In this document: positions 1 to 10,110 of the stretch, one piece after another
How positions within the stretch are numbered: position 1 is the stretch's first letter
How the letters are laid out: every line of letters begins with the position of its first letter
Notes under the pieces: generated by a model
Databases searched by the model: none
The model's input: only the letters and a program-made list of their open reading frames with translations
Told to the model about the DNA's origin: nothing
Translations under genes and position numbers: made by a program
Source of the DNA: Thermomonas sp.
GTDB lineage: Bacteria > Pseudomonadota > Gammaproteobacteria > Xanthomonadales > Xanthomonadaceae
Direction: 5' to 3'
DNA length: 64,000 nt
NCBI RefSeq assembly: GCF_019104945.1
Contig: NZ_JAHRWW010000017.1
Coordinates: 8,033 to 72,032, forward strand

Positions 1-85
1 TGTCATCGAAAAGGGCAAAAAAGCTGGAGGCCATAGGAGGTCAACAAGTGGTGGCCGCAGATTTTCGCATAACTTTGAAGGCGGC

Positions 86-943
86 TTATACGGGTGCTTT
101 TAGCCAATCCACGCGGGTGCTTGCACCGGCCTCGCCCAGTGCGGTGCATAAGGCTTCGAGGGCAGGGCGCATTTGGCTATCGAACTGCCAAGGCGCATTC
201 AAAATCAGCATGCCACTACCGTTCATGCGCAGCGGAGAGTCGTCGGGGCGAACCAACAGCTCTAGGAGCAGCGCGGATTTTGCGGGTAGCTGTGCTGCCG
301 CGCGCCGGAATGGCTGCAAGGCGCGCCCTTGTTTGATCGGATACCACAGCGCAAACATGCCCTGCGGCCAGCGCGACAGGCCTTCACGAAGCGCTTGCAG
401 GGCGGTGTCGAATTCTGCCAATTGGGCCTCGTAAGGAGGGTCGATCAGCACCAATCCGCGAGCATATTTAATGTTGCCGTGCTTGGGAGGAAGCAGGGCT
501 TTGAGCGCGGCGTAGCCATCGCTGGGGTGTACGCTGATGCGCGGTTCACGACTGAAATGCCCCTTAAGCACGGCGGCTTCTTCTGGCTGCAGTTCACAGG
601 CGGCGATGCGGTCTTGCTCGCGCAGTGCGTGTGCCAGTAGCCACGGTGAGCCGGGGTAGGCATCGCTACCGTGTTGGCTGCGGCAGGCGCGGATCGTGGC
701 CAAATAGCGCTGGATCGCCGGATGGCGCGGGGCCTCGGCCTGTAGCCTGGCGATACCGTCGAAGGCTTCGCCAGTCTTTTGTGCGGCCTCGCTTTCAAGG
801 CGATATAGGCCGCGCCCCGCGTGAGTATCAAGGGCGAAGCAGGGGGCGGGTTTGGCGGTCAGCGCGTCGCATAGCGCCAACACCACAACGTGCTTGAGAA
901 CGTCGGCGTGGTTGCCTGCGTGAAAGGAATGACGGTAATTCAT
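86..943 (-). CDS. rlmJ: 23S rRNA (adenine2030-N6)-methyltransferase RlmJ
   Basis: Listed ORF is 86..1114. An internal Met gives MNYRHSFHAGNHADVLKH, the conserved RlmJ/YhiR N-terminus. ATG at 943 chosen because the longer ORF would overlap the divergent gene starting at 1038. Confidence 0.85.
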   Translation of the reverse strand: MNYRHSFHAGNHADVLKHVVVLALCDALTAKPAPCFALDTHAGRGLYRLESEAAQKTGEAFDGIARLQAEAPRHPAIQRYLATIRACRSQHGSDAYPGSPWLLAHALREQDRIAACELQPEEAAVLKGHFSREPRISVHPSDGYAALKALLPPKHGNIKYARGLVLIDPPYEAQLAEFDTALQALREGLSRWPQGMFALWYPIKQGRALQPFRRAAAQLPAKSALLLELLVRPDDSPLRMNGSGMLILNAPWQFDSQMRPALEALCTALGEAGASTRVDWLKAPV

Positions 944-1037
944 GGGGCTATTGTCGCATTCACCATGACCGATGGCCCACGCGGAGTGAAATTCGGGCTG
1001 GCAAGCTCTCCTTCCATATAAATCCTTTGGGGGCGAT

Positions 1038-2621
1038 ATGAAGCGTTGGGCGTTATCGGTGGCTTTGGTGGTAGCTTGCGCGGCGAATGCGCAGGAAAAA
1101 GTTGATTTGGACATGACGGGGAAAATCCGTCAGGAAGCCTTTCAGCGCTCACAGGTAATGGCAACGCTTAATCACCTCACCGATGTCATTGGCCCGCGTT
1201 TGACGCTGTCTCCAGCCATGTTGGAAGCCAACCGCTGGTCACGCTCCAAGTTCACCGAGTGGGGGTTGTCGAATGTGCATGATGAAGCCATCGACGACCT
1301 CGGCCGTGGCTGGGTGTTCACCAATGCCAGCATGGAGATGCTGGCGCCGCGCGCGATGCCACTACACGCAATCCCCAAGGCGTGGACGCCGGGCACCAGT
1401 GGTGCAGTTGAGGGCGAGGCTATTTTGGTCAAGCTAGAATCCAAAGCAGACTTGGAAAAGTGGAAGGGTAAGCTGAAAGGCAAGATTGTGTTTACCGACG
1501 ACTTGCGTGCTTACAAGCCCAATGAAAAGTCCGATTTCCAACGTTACGACGGTGCAACGCTAGAAGAAATGCTGGCCTTCCCATTGCCGAAGGCGCGTGA
1601 TATTGACCCGGCAATGATGGCGCGCTTCCGTGCGCGCATGGAAATGGCACCGCTGATCAATCAATTTTTGATTGACGAAGGTGTGGCGGCCACGGTGTCG
1701 ATCAGCAGCTGGAATGATGGCATCGTGCGCGTGATGGGCGGTGGTTCACGCAAAGCCGGGGAATCGGTGGGCGTGCCCGCGTTGGTGCTGATGGCCGAAC
1801 ACTACAACACGGTGATGCGTGCACTGGAGCGTAAAGAGCCGGTCAAGCTGCGTGTCAACGTGGACGCGCGTTTCATAGACGAGGCCAATCAGCCCGGCTA
1901 TAACACCATTGCAGAAATTCCTGGCGTTGGCCCGCAGAAAAATGAAGTGGTGATGCTCGGCGCGCATATGGACTCTTGGCATGCCGGTGCCGGTGCCAAT
2001 GACAATGGCGCAGGCGTGGCGGTAATGATGGAAGCCATGCGCGTACTGAAGGCCGTTGGTGCCAAGCCGAACCGCACCATTCGCGTAGCGCTATGGACGG
2101 GTGAAGAGCAGGGGCTGATTGGTTCGCAAGAATACGTGAAGAAGCACGTGGCGAAGTTTGAAGAACCCAAAGACCCAGAACAGAAGGCTATCCCCGCGTT
2201 CTTCCGTCAAAACAAAGGCAAGTTAATCAAAGGCAATGAGTACGAAAAAATTTCTGCGTACTACAACCTTGATAACGGTAGCGGCAAGATTCGTGGCATC
2301 TACGCGCAAGAAAATTTGGCCGCAGCACCTATTTTCCAAGAGTGGCTGAAACCGTGGAACGACGTGGGCGCTACGATTGTTACCCAGCGCAATACTGGCA
2401 GCACCGACCATGTGAGTTTTGACGCCGTGGGTGTGCCTGGCTTCCAGTTTGTGCAAGATCAGCTGGATTATTTCAGCCATGTGCACCACACCGATTTGGA
2501 CGTGCAAGATCACGCGGTGGAAGATGATCTGAAACAGGCGTCGGCGATCATTGCTTCGTTCGTCTATAACACCGCCATGCGCCCGACAAAGCTGCCGCGC
2601 AAGCCGGTGGCGGGGAACTGA
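1038..2621 (+). CDS. Secreted M28-family zinc aminopeptidase
   Basis: 527-aa ORF with signal peptide MKRWALSVALVVACAANAQE. M28 metal-site region VVMLGAHMDSWHAGAGANDNGAGVAVMMEAMRVL and TGEEQGLIGS. Confidence 0.8.
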   Translation: MKRWALSVALVVACAANAQEKVDLDMTGKIRQEAFQRSQVMATLNHLTDVIGPRLTLSPAMLEANRWSRSKFTEWGLSNVHDEAIDDLGRGWVFTNASMEMLAPRAMPLHAIPKAWTPGTSGAVEGEAILVKLESKADLEKWKGKLKGKIVFTDDLRAYKPNEKSDFQRYDGATLEEMLAFPLPKARDIDPAMMARFRARMEMAPLINQFLIDEGVAATVSISSWNDGIVRVMGGGSRKAGESVGVPALVLMAEHYNTVMRALERKEPVKLRVNVDARFIDEANQPGYNTIAEIPGVGPQKNEVVMLGAHMDSWHAGAGANDNGAGVAVMMEAMRVLKAVGAKPNRTIRVALWTGEEQGLIGSQEYVKKHVAKFEEPKDPEQKAIPAFFRQNKGKLIKGNEYEKISAYYNLDNGSGKIRGIYAQENLAAAPIFQEWLKPWNDVGATIVTQRNTGSTDHVSFDAVGVPGFQFVQDQLDYFSHVHHTDLDVQDHAVEDDLKQASAIIASFVYNTAMRPTKLPRKPVAGN

Positions 2622-2644
2622 GTTTTAACAATACACGCAGTATC

Positions 2645-2677
2645 AAGAAAGGGTCGGTCTCTACCGGCCCTTTCTTG
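2645..2677. terminator. Bidirectional rho-independent terminator between convergent genes
   Basis: Hairpin AAGAAAGGGTCGG-tctcta-CCGGCCCTTTCTT (one G:U pair), A/T-flanked, between the M28 peptidase and ppx stops. Confidence 0.6.
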
Positions 2678-2686
2678 TATCGAGAC

Positions 2687-4216
2687 TTAGAGCGTTTCTA
2701 CTTTGAGTTGAAGGCCAAGTCCCAGCATGTCTTCGGGCTCGCTTTCGAGGTCTGCACGCAGCAGTGGGTGGCTATGCAGCCAGCGTTTGTCGATGCGTAA
2801 CAGCAGCTGTTCGCCTTGCGCACGCAGTTGCAGCGTGGGTGGAAGCTCGTCTTGGCGCGCGCGGTGCAGCAAAACAGCCAGCCGCAGCAGGGCGGCCGTA
2901 TGCCGCGCGCCCGACAATAGGCGGTCTGGGATCATTTCAAAAGCAGATTTCGACACACTGCGCCGGTGGCTGCGTACCAAAGCGGCAAGATAGCGCTGCC
3001 CCTGTTGCGAGAACCCCGCAATATCTGAATGCTGCAGCACATAGGCACCGTGATTGTGATAACCACTATGCGCGATAGCGAGGCCCACTTCGTGCAAACG
3101 CGCGGCACGAACCAGCATGGCGCGGTCATCGCTAGAGAGGGGCCATGTGTCGCAAACCTGCTCAAACAGTTGCAACGCTGTGCATTCAACCCGCTCGGCT
3201 TGCGCGGCATCCACGCCGTAGCGCTGCATCAACGCGGTCACAGATACATCGCGTGGGTCGTCGGCGCCGCCACGGCCGAGAAGGTCATAGAGTACGCCCT
3301 CACGCAGCGCGGCTTTGCTTACCTGTAGGCGGCTAAGCTTAAGTGCGTTGAAGACGGCTTCCAGTACCAAGATGCCACCCGCAATGATTGGGCGACGATC
3401 ATCGGAAAGAGTGGGTAGGTCGATCTCATCAATCTTGTCAGCGCGCAGCAGAGTGTCGCGAATCTGTGCGACGGCTTCAGGCGTGATCGCGCCTTTGGTG
3501 AGCTTCATCGCCACGCAGATATTGCTAATGGCTTTGTGCGTGCCCGAGGTGCCGATGGCTTCGTCCCAACCTAGGCTGCGGTAGGTGCTGGCGAACTGCT
3601 GGAATTGCACGGTGATTTCAGTAAGAGCCGCGTTCCAACGCTTACGTGAAAGTTTGCCGCCGGGGAAGAACCGCAGCGTGCTAGCCACGCAGCCCACTTG
3701 CAGGCTCTCGCGTTCGAGTGGGGTGAAACCGGTACCGATGATGCATTCGGTAGAGCCGCCACCGATATCGATCACCAGCCGCTTTTGTCCTTCTTCCGGG
3801 GGCTGTTCATGCGCTACTCCGAGATAGACAAGGCGCGCTTCTTCGCGCCCAGAAATCACGTCGATACCATGCCCCAGCGCGGCTTCAGCAGGAATAAGAA
3901 AGCGCTCTGGCGCACGCATTTGACGCACGCTATTGGTGGCCACCACGCGCACATGACGCGAAGGGATATTGGCAATACGTTGACCAAAGCGCGACAGGCT
4001 GGCCAGCGCACGTGCTTGTACATCCGGTGATAGGCCACCGAGGGCGTTGAGGCCTTCGGCCATACGCACGGTTTCGCGTAGGCGATCGACGATGCGCAGT
4101 TGGCCAAGTACGCGCTGCGCCACCACGATATGAAAGCTGTTAGAGCCTAGATCGAGTGCGGCTAAAAGATCACCTTCGTGCAGATTGGGATGCTGTTCGG
4201 CAGTGGTATTGATCAT
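2687..4216 (-). CDS. ppx: Exopolyphosphatase (Ppx/GppA family)
   Basis: 509-aa ORF with Ppx/GppA motifs LAALDLGSNSFHIVVAQ and VIDIGGGSTE. Its ATG overlaps the ppk stop (ATGA at 4213-4216). Adjacency to ppk favours ppx over gppA. Confidence 0.85.
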   Translation of the reverse strand: MINTTAEQHPNLHEGDLLAALDLGSNSFHIVVAQRVLGQLRIVDRLRETVRMAEGLNALGGLSPDVQARALASLSRFGQRIANIPSRHVRVVATNSVRQMRAPERFLIPAEAALGHGIDVISGREEARLVYLGVAHEQPPEEGQKRLVIDIGGGSTECIIGTGFTPLERESLQVGCVASTLRFFPGGKLSRKRWNAALTEITVQFQQFASTYRSLGWDEAIGTSGTHKAISNICVAMKLTKGAITPEAVAQIRDTLLRADKIDEIDLPTLSDDRRPIIAGGILVLEAVFNALKLSRLQVSKAALREGVLYDLLGRGGADDPRDVSVTALMQRYGVDAAQAERVECTALQLFEQVCDTWPLSSDDRAMLVRAARLHEVGLAIAHSGYHNHGAYVLQHSDIAGFSQQGQRYLAALVRSHRRSVSKSAFEMIPDRLLSGARHTAALLRLAVLLHRARQDELPPTLQLRAQGEQLLLRIDKRWLHSHPLLRADLESEPEDMLGLGLQLKVETL

Positions 4217-6291
4217 TGAGTGAGTGCCTCCAGCATGGCCTGCTGCGCCGAGAAGGGCGTTTCACCGTGCTGCGCCACGCAGCGTTGGTAGTGGCCATCG
4301 GCCTGTAATTGCCACGCGTTTTGATTGTCGGCAAGATAATTGAGCAGGCCTTCGCGCAGCACGCGGTGTGCAATGGCGGGGTCTAATATCGGGAATGCGG
4401 TTTCTACGCGGTGTAGCAAGTTGCGCTCAAGCCAGTCGGCTGAGGTGCAGAACAGGTCGGGTGTTCCATCATTGCCAAACCACCAAACGCGATGGTGTTC
4501 TAAAAATTGCCCCACGATTGAACGCACGCGGATATTGTCCGATACACCCACAATACCGGGGCGTAGCGCACAGGCCCCGCGTACGATTAGGTCAATTTGA
4601 ACGCCCGCACGCGAGGCTTTGTAGAGTGCGCGCACCACATGCGGTTCATTAAGTGCATTCATCTTCGCCACGATGCGCGCTTGCTTACCTGCGCGAGCGT
4701 GTTCGGTTTCGCGTGCGATGCGCTCCAGTACGCCTTTGTGCAGCGTAAACGGCGATTGCAGTAAACACTTGAGTGTCAGTGGTGCGGCCAGCCCGGAAAG
4801 CTGTTGGAAGATCAGATGCACGTCGTGGCCAATATCGGCATTGGCGGTCATTAGCCCAAAATCGGTATAGGCGCGCGCGGTGCCGCTGTGGTAATTGCCG
4901 GTGGAAAGGTGCACGTAGCGGTGTAGTGCACCGCCTTCGCGCCGCACGATCAACAGCATTTTGGCGTGCGTTTTATACCCCACCACACCATACACCACCT
5001 GCACGCCCGCCTCTTGCAGACGGTCGGCAAGGCCAAGGTTGGCTTCTTCATCAAAACGTGCGCGCAGCTCTACCACTACGGTCACGTCTTTGCCGTTACG
5101 CGCCGCTTGAATAAGGTGCTCAACGATGGGGGAGTGTTTGCCCGTGCGATAGAGTGTTTGCTTGATCGCAAGTACGTTTGGGTCTTCCGCTGCTTGGCGA
5201 ATTAGCTCAAGCACCGGAGTGAAGCTGTCGAATGGATGGTGCAGCAGAATGTCGCCCTGCTGGATTTGTTCGAACATGCCATCCATGCCGTGCGGTAGGC
5301 GCGGTTGGAAGGAAGGAAACTTCAGGTCCGAGCGCTGCACCATGTCATAGACTTGGCCAACGCGGTTCAAATTGACCGGGCCGTTAATTTTGTAAACCGC
5401 ATTGGGTGCAAGATCAAAATTGGCCAGCAGACTGTTTACGACATCCTGCGGGCAGGCTTCGTCGATCTCCAACCGTACCGCGCGCAGGTAGCCACGTCCT
5501 TGCAACTCATCGCGCAGTGCCAGCGCAAGGTTGTCCATATCGTCTTCATCAACGATCAATTCTGAATTGCGCGTCACCCTGAACTGATGCGCGCTTTTTA
5601 CCGTCATGCCAGGGAAAAGCTCGTGGACGAAGGCCGATAAAATGGTGCTAAGAAAAACAAAATTATGAAATGCGTCGCCGTCACCATCGGCATCGGGAAG
5701 CCGAATGATACGTGGCAGGGAACGCGGTGCACGCACCACGGCCAGATGGCTCTCGCGGCCAAACGCATCGCGCCCTTCCAATAGCACGACAACGTTGAGC
5801 GACTTATTGAGAATTTTTGGAAAAGGGTGCGCGGGATCTAAGCCCAGCGGTGAGAGCACCGGCAAAATTTCACTGAGAAAATAGTGGCGCAACCATTCGG
5901 TTTGTTCGAGCGACCACTCATCTTGTTGTAGCAGATGGATGCCTTGCGCCGCGAGTGCTGGGCGCAGTTCCTCGTAGAAGCATTGATACTGGCCCTGCAC
6001 CAGCGCCGCCGCGTGTTTGTGGATACGCTCGAGCAGCGCCGCCGGAGCGATGCCATCCATCCCGGCTGCGATATTAAATTCTGCGGCGTGATGCACCGCG
6101 CCACCGCGGATTTCAAAAAACTCATCCAAGTTTGTGCACGAAATGCACAAAAAACGCAGCCGCTCGAGTAGGGGCAAGGCGGCATCCTGCGCCTGCGCAA
6201 GCACGCGAAAGTTGAAGTCGAGCTGCCCAAGCTCGCGGTTGCTGTACAGCGATGCGTCGCGAAGATTGGGTAGGTCGGCGTGCTGGGTCAT
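4213..6291 (-). CDS. ppk: Polyphosphate kinase 1
   Basis: Listed ORF is 4213..6351. Start moved to ATG 6291, giving MTQHADLPNLRDASLYSNRELGQLDFNFRVL, a PPK1-type N-terminus. This start overlaps the phoR stop as ATGA. About 692 aa, with the YKTHAKMLLIV PLD-like motif. Confidence 0.9.
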   Translation of the reverse strand: MTQHADLPNLRDASLYSNRELGQLDFNFRVLAQAQDAALPLLERLRFLCISCTNLDEFFEIRGGAVHHAAEFNIAAGMDGIAPAALLERIHKHAAALVQGQYQCFYEELRPALAAQGIHLLQQDEWSLEQTEWLRHYFLSEILPVLSPLGLDPAHPFPKILNKSLNVVVLLEGRDAFGRESHLAVVRAPRSLPRIIRLPDADGDGDAFHNFVFLSTILSAFVHELFPGMTVKSAHQFRVTRNSELIVDEDDMDNLALALRDELQGRGYLRAVRLEIDEACPQDVVNSLLANFDLAPNAVYKINGPVNLNRVGQVYDMVQRSDLKFPSFQPRLPHGMDGMFEQIQQGDILLHHPFDSFTPVLELIRQAAEDPNVLAIKQTLYRTGKHSPIVEHLIQAARNGKDVTVVVELRARFDEEANLGLADRLQEAGVQVVYGVVGYKTHAKMLLIVRREGGALHRYVHLSTGNYHSGTARAYTDFGLMTANADIGHDVHLIFQQLSGLAAPLTLKCLLQSPFTLHKGVLERIARETEHARAGKQARIVAKMNALNEPHVVRALYKASRAGVQIDLIVRGACALRPGIVGVSDNIRVRSIVGQFLEHHRVWWFGNDGTPDLFCTSADWLERNLLHRVETAFPILDPAIAHRVLREGLLNYLADNQNAWQLQADGHYQRCVAQHGETPFSAQQAMLEALTQ

Positions 6292-7619
6292 GGTGGTGTT
6301 GTCGAAGGGGCAGGGGGGCGGGGTAGTACGCGGTTGGCGCTGAAGTGACATGCAAAGGTACTGCCAAACCCGAGTCTGCTGTCAACGTGGAGCTGCGCTT
6401 GATGCAAGCCCAGTACATGTTTAACGATGGCCAGCCCCAACCCGGTGCCGCCGGTGGCGCGTGAGCGGCTTGTGGACACGCGGTAAAAACGCTCGGTCAG
6501 GCGCGGTAGGTGCGCGGGAGCAATGCCGGGGCCGGTGTCTTGTACGCTTAGCGTCACCCCACCTTGCGCGGTGGATGCGAGCCGAATGCAGATCTCGCCG
6601 CCTTCTGGGGTATAGCGAACGGCATTGCTGACAAGATTGGAAAATGCGCTGTGCAGCTCTTTGTCTGCACCGAGCAGGTCGCACTGCGCGGTGTCTTCAA
6701 CCCGAATCTGGTGGCGCTTGCCGCTCAACATCTCCGCTTCGCGGCGCAGACTGGCAAGCAGCGGGGCGAGTGCTACGTGCTCTTCGGGTAGGGTGTCGCG
6801 GGTCTCCAGCCGCGACAGGGTAAGCAGATCTTCCACCAGCTGGGTCATGCGTTGCGATTGGCTGCGCATTTCGCCGAGTAGAGGTGCCCATTCGGGGTGT
6901 TCGTTGGCGTCGAGAAGGTCGAGGTAGCCATGGATCACGGTCAGCGGTGTGCGCAGCTCGTGCGACACGTTGGCCACAAAGTCACGGCGCATGTCTTCTA
7001 AATGCAGAAGCTTGCTGACATCGCGCGCCACCAGCATCCATAGGTCGTCCGAATACGGCAGCAGGCGCAAACTCAAGCGTAGGTTGGGATCAACAGGAGA
7101 GGCTACGTCGGCCAACGGTGTTGCGTTGCGCCCTGCGGTGAGCCACTGGGTAATGGGAAGCGGCTGCAGCGCGCTGGCCACGGGTGCGTGGTAGTCCGCA
7201 GGGTAATGCAGGCCCAGCAGCGGCGTGGCGGTTTGGTTGAACCACTGCACGCGCTGACTGTTGCGTTCAATCAGCACCACAGCGTCGGGGAGGGCATCGG
7301 CAAGGGCGCGATACGCGCGTAGCATCGACAGTAGGCGGCGCTTGCGATTGCGCAATTCGGTTTGGCGGCGCAGCAATAAACCATCCAGCATCGCCCACGC
7401 ATCTTGGCCGCGCGCAGGCTTCAGGCGTTTGCGCGAAATGAGGTGCAGCAGCAGACGGTGCAAGCGCCAGCTCTGCCACAACACAACGCCGAGTAAGGTC
7501 AGCGAGAGAACTGGCCAAAACTGGTGGATAAGTGCGCCTACGGCGCCTCCAATGGCGAGGATCAGCAATAGCCGTAGCAGTGAAAACAGCCAAGCGTTAC
7601 GGCTAGACTGCGCCATCAC
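6288..7619 (-). CDS. phoR: Phosphate regulon sensor histidine kinase PhoR
   Basis: H-box FVANVSHELRTPLTVIHGYLDLL, G-box GTGLGLAIVKHVL, N-terminal transmembrane segments. Start is GTG at 7619 or ATG at 7616; both overlap the phoB stop. Confidence 0.9.
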   Translation of the reverse strand: MMAQSSRNAWLFSLLRLLLILAIGGAVGALIHQFWPVLSLTLLGVVLWQSWRLHRLLLHLISRKRLKPARGQDAWAMLDGLLLRRQTELRNRKRRLLSMLRAYRALADALPDAVVLIERNSQRVQWFNQTATPLLGLHYPADYHAPVASALQPLPITQWLTAGRNATPLADVASPVDPNLRLSLRLLPYSDDLWMLVARDVSKLLHLEDMRRDFVANVSHELRTPLTVIHGYLDLLDANEHPEWAPLLGEMRSQSQRMTQLVEDLLTLSRLETRDTLPEEHVALAPLLASLRREAEMLSGKRHQIRVEDTAQCDLLGADKELHSAFSNLVSNAVRYTPEGGEICIRLASTAQGGVTLSVQDTGPGIAPAHLPRLTERFYRVSTSRSRATGGTGLGLAIVKHVLGLHQAQLHVDSRLGFGSTFACHFSANRVLPRPPAPSTTPP

Positions 7620-8317
7620 GATGCCGCCGAGAAACGATAACCAGCGCCGCGTACGGTCTGCACCATATCGGCCAGTTGCGCCGGTTCTAGCGTTTTACGT
7701 AGGCGCCTAATATGCACGTCAACTGTGCGTTCTTCCACATACACGCTGCCACCCCAAACGTGGTCGAGTAATTGCGAACGCGTATACACTCGCTCGGGGT
7801 GGGTCATAAAAAAGTGCAGAAGCCGGTATTCAGACGGGCCAAGCTGTAGCTGCATGGCTTCATTGTCAATATCGGCAAATACGCGCTGGGCCGCGCCGTC
7901 GATACGCAGTGCGCCAATTTGGATGTTGCCATCGGCGTCATCCTCGCGCGAGCGACGCAGTACAGCGCGAATGCGAGCCAGCAGTTCACGCGTGGAAAAA
8001 GGTTTCACAACGTAGTCGTCCACCCCGGCTTCCAACCCGTTAACGCGGTCGTTCTCTTCGCCTCGGGCGGTGAGCATGATGATAGGAACTTCGCGCGTGA
8101 GTGCATCGCGCCGCCAGCGGCGTGCAAGATCAAGGCCGCTGCAGCCGGGGAGCATCCAATCCAGCAGAATCAGGTCGGGGACGCGTTCGGCAATTTGCAG
8201 CTGGGCTTCCTGCGCGTCGCTGGCCTGCATAGGGTTGTGGCCATCTTTGCGCAGGGTGAAGGCCAGCATTTCGCGAATAGCGGGTTCGTCCTCAACAATC
8301 AAAATGTGCTTTTGCAT
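7616..8317 (-). CDS. phoB: Phosphate regulon response regulator PhoB (OmpR family)
   Basis: Receiver domain ILIVEDEPAIREML..DLILLDWMLPG. Winged-helix C-terminus VDVHIRRLRKTL..VQTVRGAGYRF. Lies directly upstream of phoR. Confidence 0.92.
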   Translation of the reverse strand: MQKHILIVEDEPAIREMLAFTLRKDGHNPMQASDAQEAQLQIAERVPDLILLDWMLPGCSGLDLARRWRRDALTREVPIIMLTARGEENDRVNGLEAGVDDYVVKPFSTRELLARIRAVLRRSREDDADGNIQIGALRIDGAAQRVFADIDNEAMQLQLGPSEYRLLHFFMTHPERVYTRSQLLDHVWGGSVYVEERTVDVHIRRLRKTLEPAQLADMVQTVRGAGYRFSAAS

Positions 8318-8352
8318 GCGGTCAACGAGGGCCGTAATGAAGATGTGGTGCC

Positions 8353-8386
8353 ATTACACGACGAAACGATGACAGTTTAGTGACGA
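8353..8386 (-). promoter_or_regulatory. Pho box plus -10 element of the phoB promoter
   Basis: Minus strand reads TCGTCACTAAACTGTCAT, 14/18 to the CTGTCATAAAACTGTCAT consensus, with GTCA cores 11 bp apart. Then 10 bp, then TGTAAT. A third weaker 11-bp unit TCGTCGT follows. Located about 35-70 bp upstream of the phoB ATG. Confidence 0.6.
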
Positions 8387-9993
8387 AATGCCCTCGCGCG
8401 CACGCCCAAGCGGCCGCTCACTTCTTCATCGCGTATTCCTTGGCGGCGCAGTTCAAGCACGGTGGGGGTGATCGCAGCGATGCGTGCATCGATACGGGCG
8501 CGCGCGTAATAGTCCAAGTCGTCGCGTTTTTTGAGGTTATTCAGCTGCACCAGCGCCTGTTCGGGGCGGCCCCCCAAATAGGCGGCTTCGGCCCAAGCCT
8601 CACCCGCGCGGACAGGATCTCCGGCGATTTCATTGGCGCGTGCATAGGCCTGCTGAAACGCCGGGTCGTTACTGCTGCTGCCCAATAGTGGGCGCAGCAC
8701 GGCAACGGCTTTTTCTCCCGCGTCGCGGGTATTGCGCTCGGCCAGGAGCCGCGCATAGCTCAGCGCCAATGCGCGGTGGGTGGGCATGCGCGCAAGCAAG
8801 GTTTTGAAGCGTTGATCGGCGTCTTGGCTCTTGCCGGTGTGGGCTTCTGATTCGCCCATTGCGATCTGGAGCCATAAATTATTGGGCTGTGCTTTCAGTA
8901 GCGGGGCCAGCTCTTGCAGTGCTTCTGCATAGTGTCCGGCCTGCTGGTGGGCAAAGGCGAGGCCGTAGCGGCGCGCATCATCCAGCGGCTGCTTGCTGCG
9001 CATTTGCTGGTATTCGCGAATGGCCTGTGCGGGGGTAGATGCGCTAAGTACGCGCAAACGCTCGCGCGCCCAGCCGAAGTCGCCGGTATTGCCCTGGCCT
9101 TGGCGGCTGCGCGTATTGGTGGAAATTTGCAGATTAGGGGGGAGCAGCGGGTTGTTGCTGGGCAGGCTGGCGCTACTGGCCAGCGCAGGTTCCAGCTTGG
9201 CCGCACGTTCGCGCGCTTCGCTGATACGGGCAAGGGTCAGTGGGTGGGTTTGCAGATAGCCAGGCACCGCCGCACGCTCATCACCTTGGTTCATCCGCAC
9301 CACGCCCTGCATGGTGACGAAAAAATCGGCCATGGCTTCGGGGTCGTAGCCCGCGCGCGCAAGCGTGCGAATGCCAATACGGTCGGCCTCGGCTTCATTG
9401 TCGCGGGTGTAGTCGATTTGCCGCTGCTGCAGTAGGCCTAGCCCGGTCACCAGTGCAGCGGAGGTGGCATCACCGCTGGAATTACCGCCCGCCTTTTGCG
9501 CCGCAACAATCGCGCCTAGGGTGGCCAGCAGAATGGGCAGGCTTTCGCGCTGGGCTTTTTCTGCGCCGCGCAGCACATGCTGCTGGGTTACGTGAGCGAT
9601 TTCGTGGCCCAGCACACCGGCCATTTCATCTTCGCGATCCGCCGCTAGGATCAGCCCGGCGTTCACCGCGATATAACCGCCCAGCGTGGCAAACGCGTTG
9701 ATCTGGCGTTCGCGCAGCAGAAAGAAGGTGAAACTTTGCTGCGGCCGGTCACTGCTGCCTGCAAGCCGCTGGCCCACGTCGGTTAGCCAGCCGTCCAACA
9801 ACGGGTCGTCTAACACATAGCCTTCATGGCGCAGCTGGGCAAGCACCATCGCCCCGTATTCGGCCTGCTTTGCGGGCGATAAAATCGTGCCTGCCGACGA
9901 GCCAATGTCCGGCAGACGCTGTTCTTGCGCAGCAGCGGCGGCGCTCACGGCAAGGGCAAAAGCGACGGTGGCGTGCAAAAGGCGTTTTTTCAT
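8377..9993 (-). CDS. Periplasmic M48 metalloprotease with TPR domain (BepA/YfgC-like)
   Basis: Listed ORF is 8377..10305. Start moved to ATG 9993, giving MKKRLLHATVAFALAVSAAAAAQE (signal peptide); the long form overlaps grxC. HEXXH motif GHEIAHVTQQH. TPR-like C-terminal half. Confidence 0.8.
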   Translation of the reverse strand: MKKRLLHATVAFALAVSAAAAAQEQRLPDIGSSAGTILSPAKQAEYGAMVLAQLRHEGYVLDDPLLDGWLTDVGQRLAGSSDRPQQSFTFFLLRERQINAFATLGGYIAVNAGLILAADREDEMAGVLGHEIAHVTQQHVLRGAEKAQRESLPILLATLGAIVAAQKAGGNSSGDATSAALVTGLGLLQQRQIDYTRDNEAEADRIGIRTLARAGYDPEAMADFFVTMQGVVRMNQGDERAAVPGYLQTHPLTLARISEARERAAKLEPALASSASLPSNNPLLPPNLQISTNTRSRQGQGNTGDFGWARERLRVLSASTPAQAIREYQQMRSKQPLDDARRYGLAFAHQQAGHYAEALQELAPLLKAQPNNLWLQIAMGESEAHTGKSQDADQRFKTLLARMPTHRALALSYARLLAERNTRDAGEKAVAVLRPLLGSSSNDPAFQQAYARANEIAGDPVRAGEAWAEAAYLGGRPEQALVQLNNLKKRDDLDYYARARIDARIAAITPTVLELRRQGIRDEEVSGRLGVRARAFRH

Positions 9994-10110
9994 GCGAACA
10001 GAATGCCCTGTTTGCGAAACTAATGCGTGGACGGAGCTTGAATGGCTGGAAAATAGCATTTTCATCCCCATCTTTGACCTCAACCACCTTGCAATGTTCC
10101 GGAGATATTT

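Noticed and set aside
1-85. Possible partial gene or terminator at the 5' edge of the window.
   Set aside because: It is too short, every frame is quickly closed, and only weak hairpin potential is present. Nothing can be supported.
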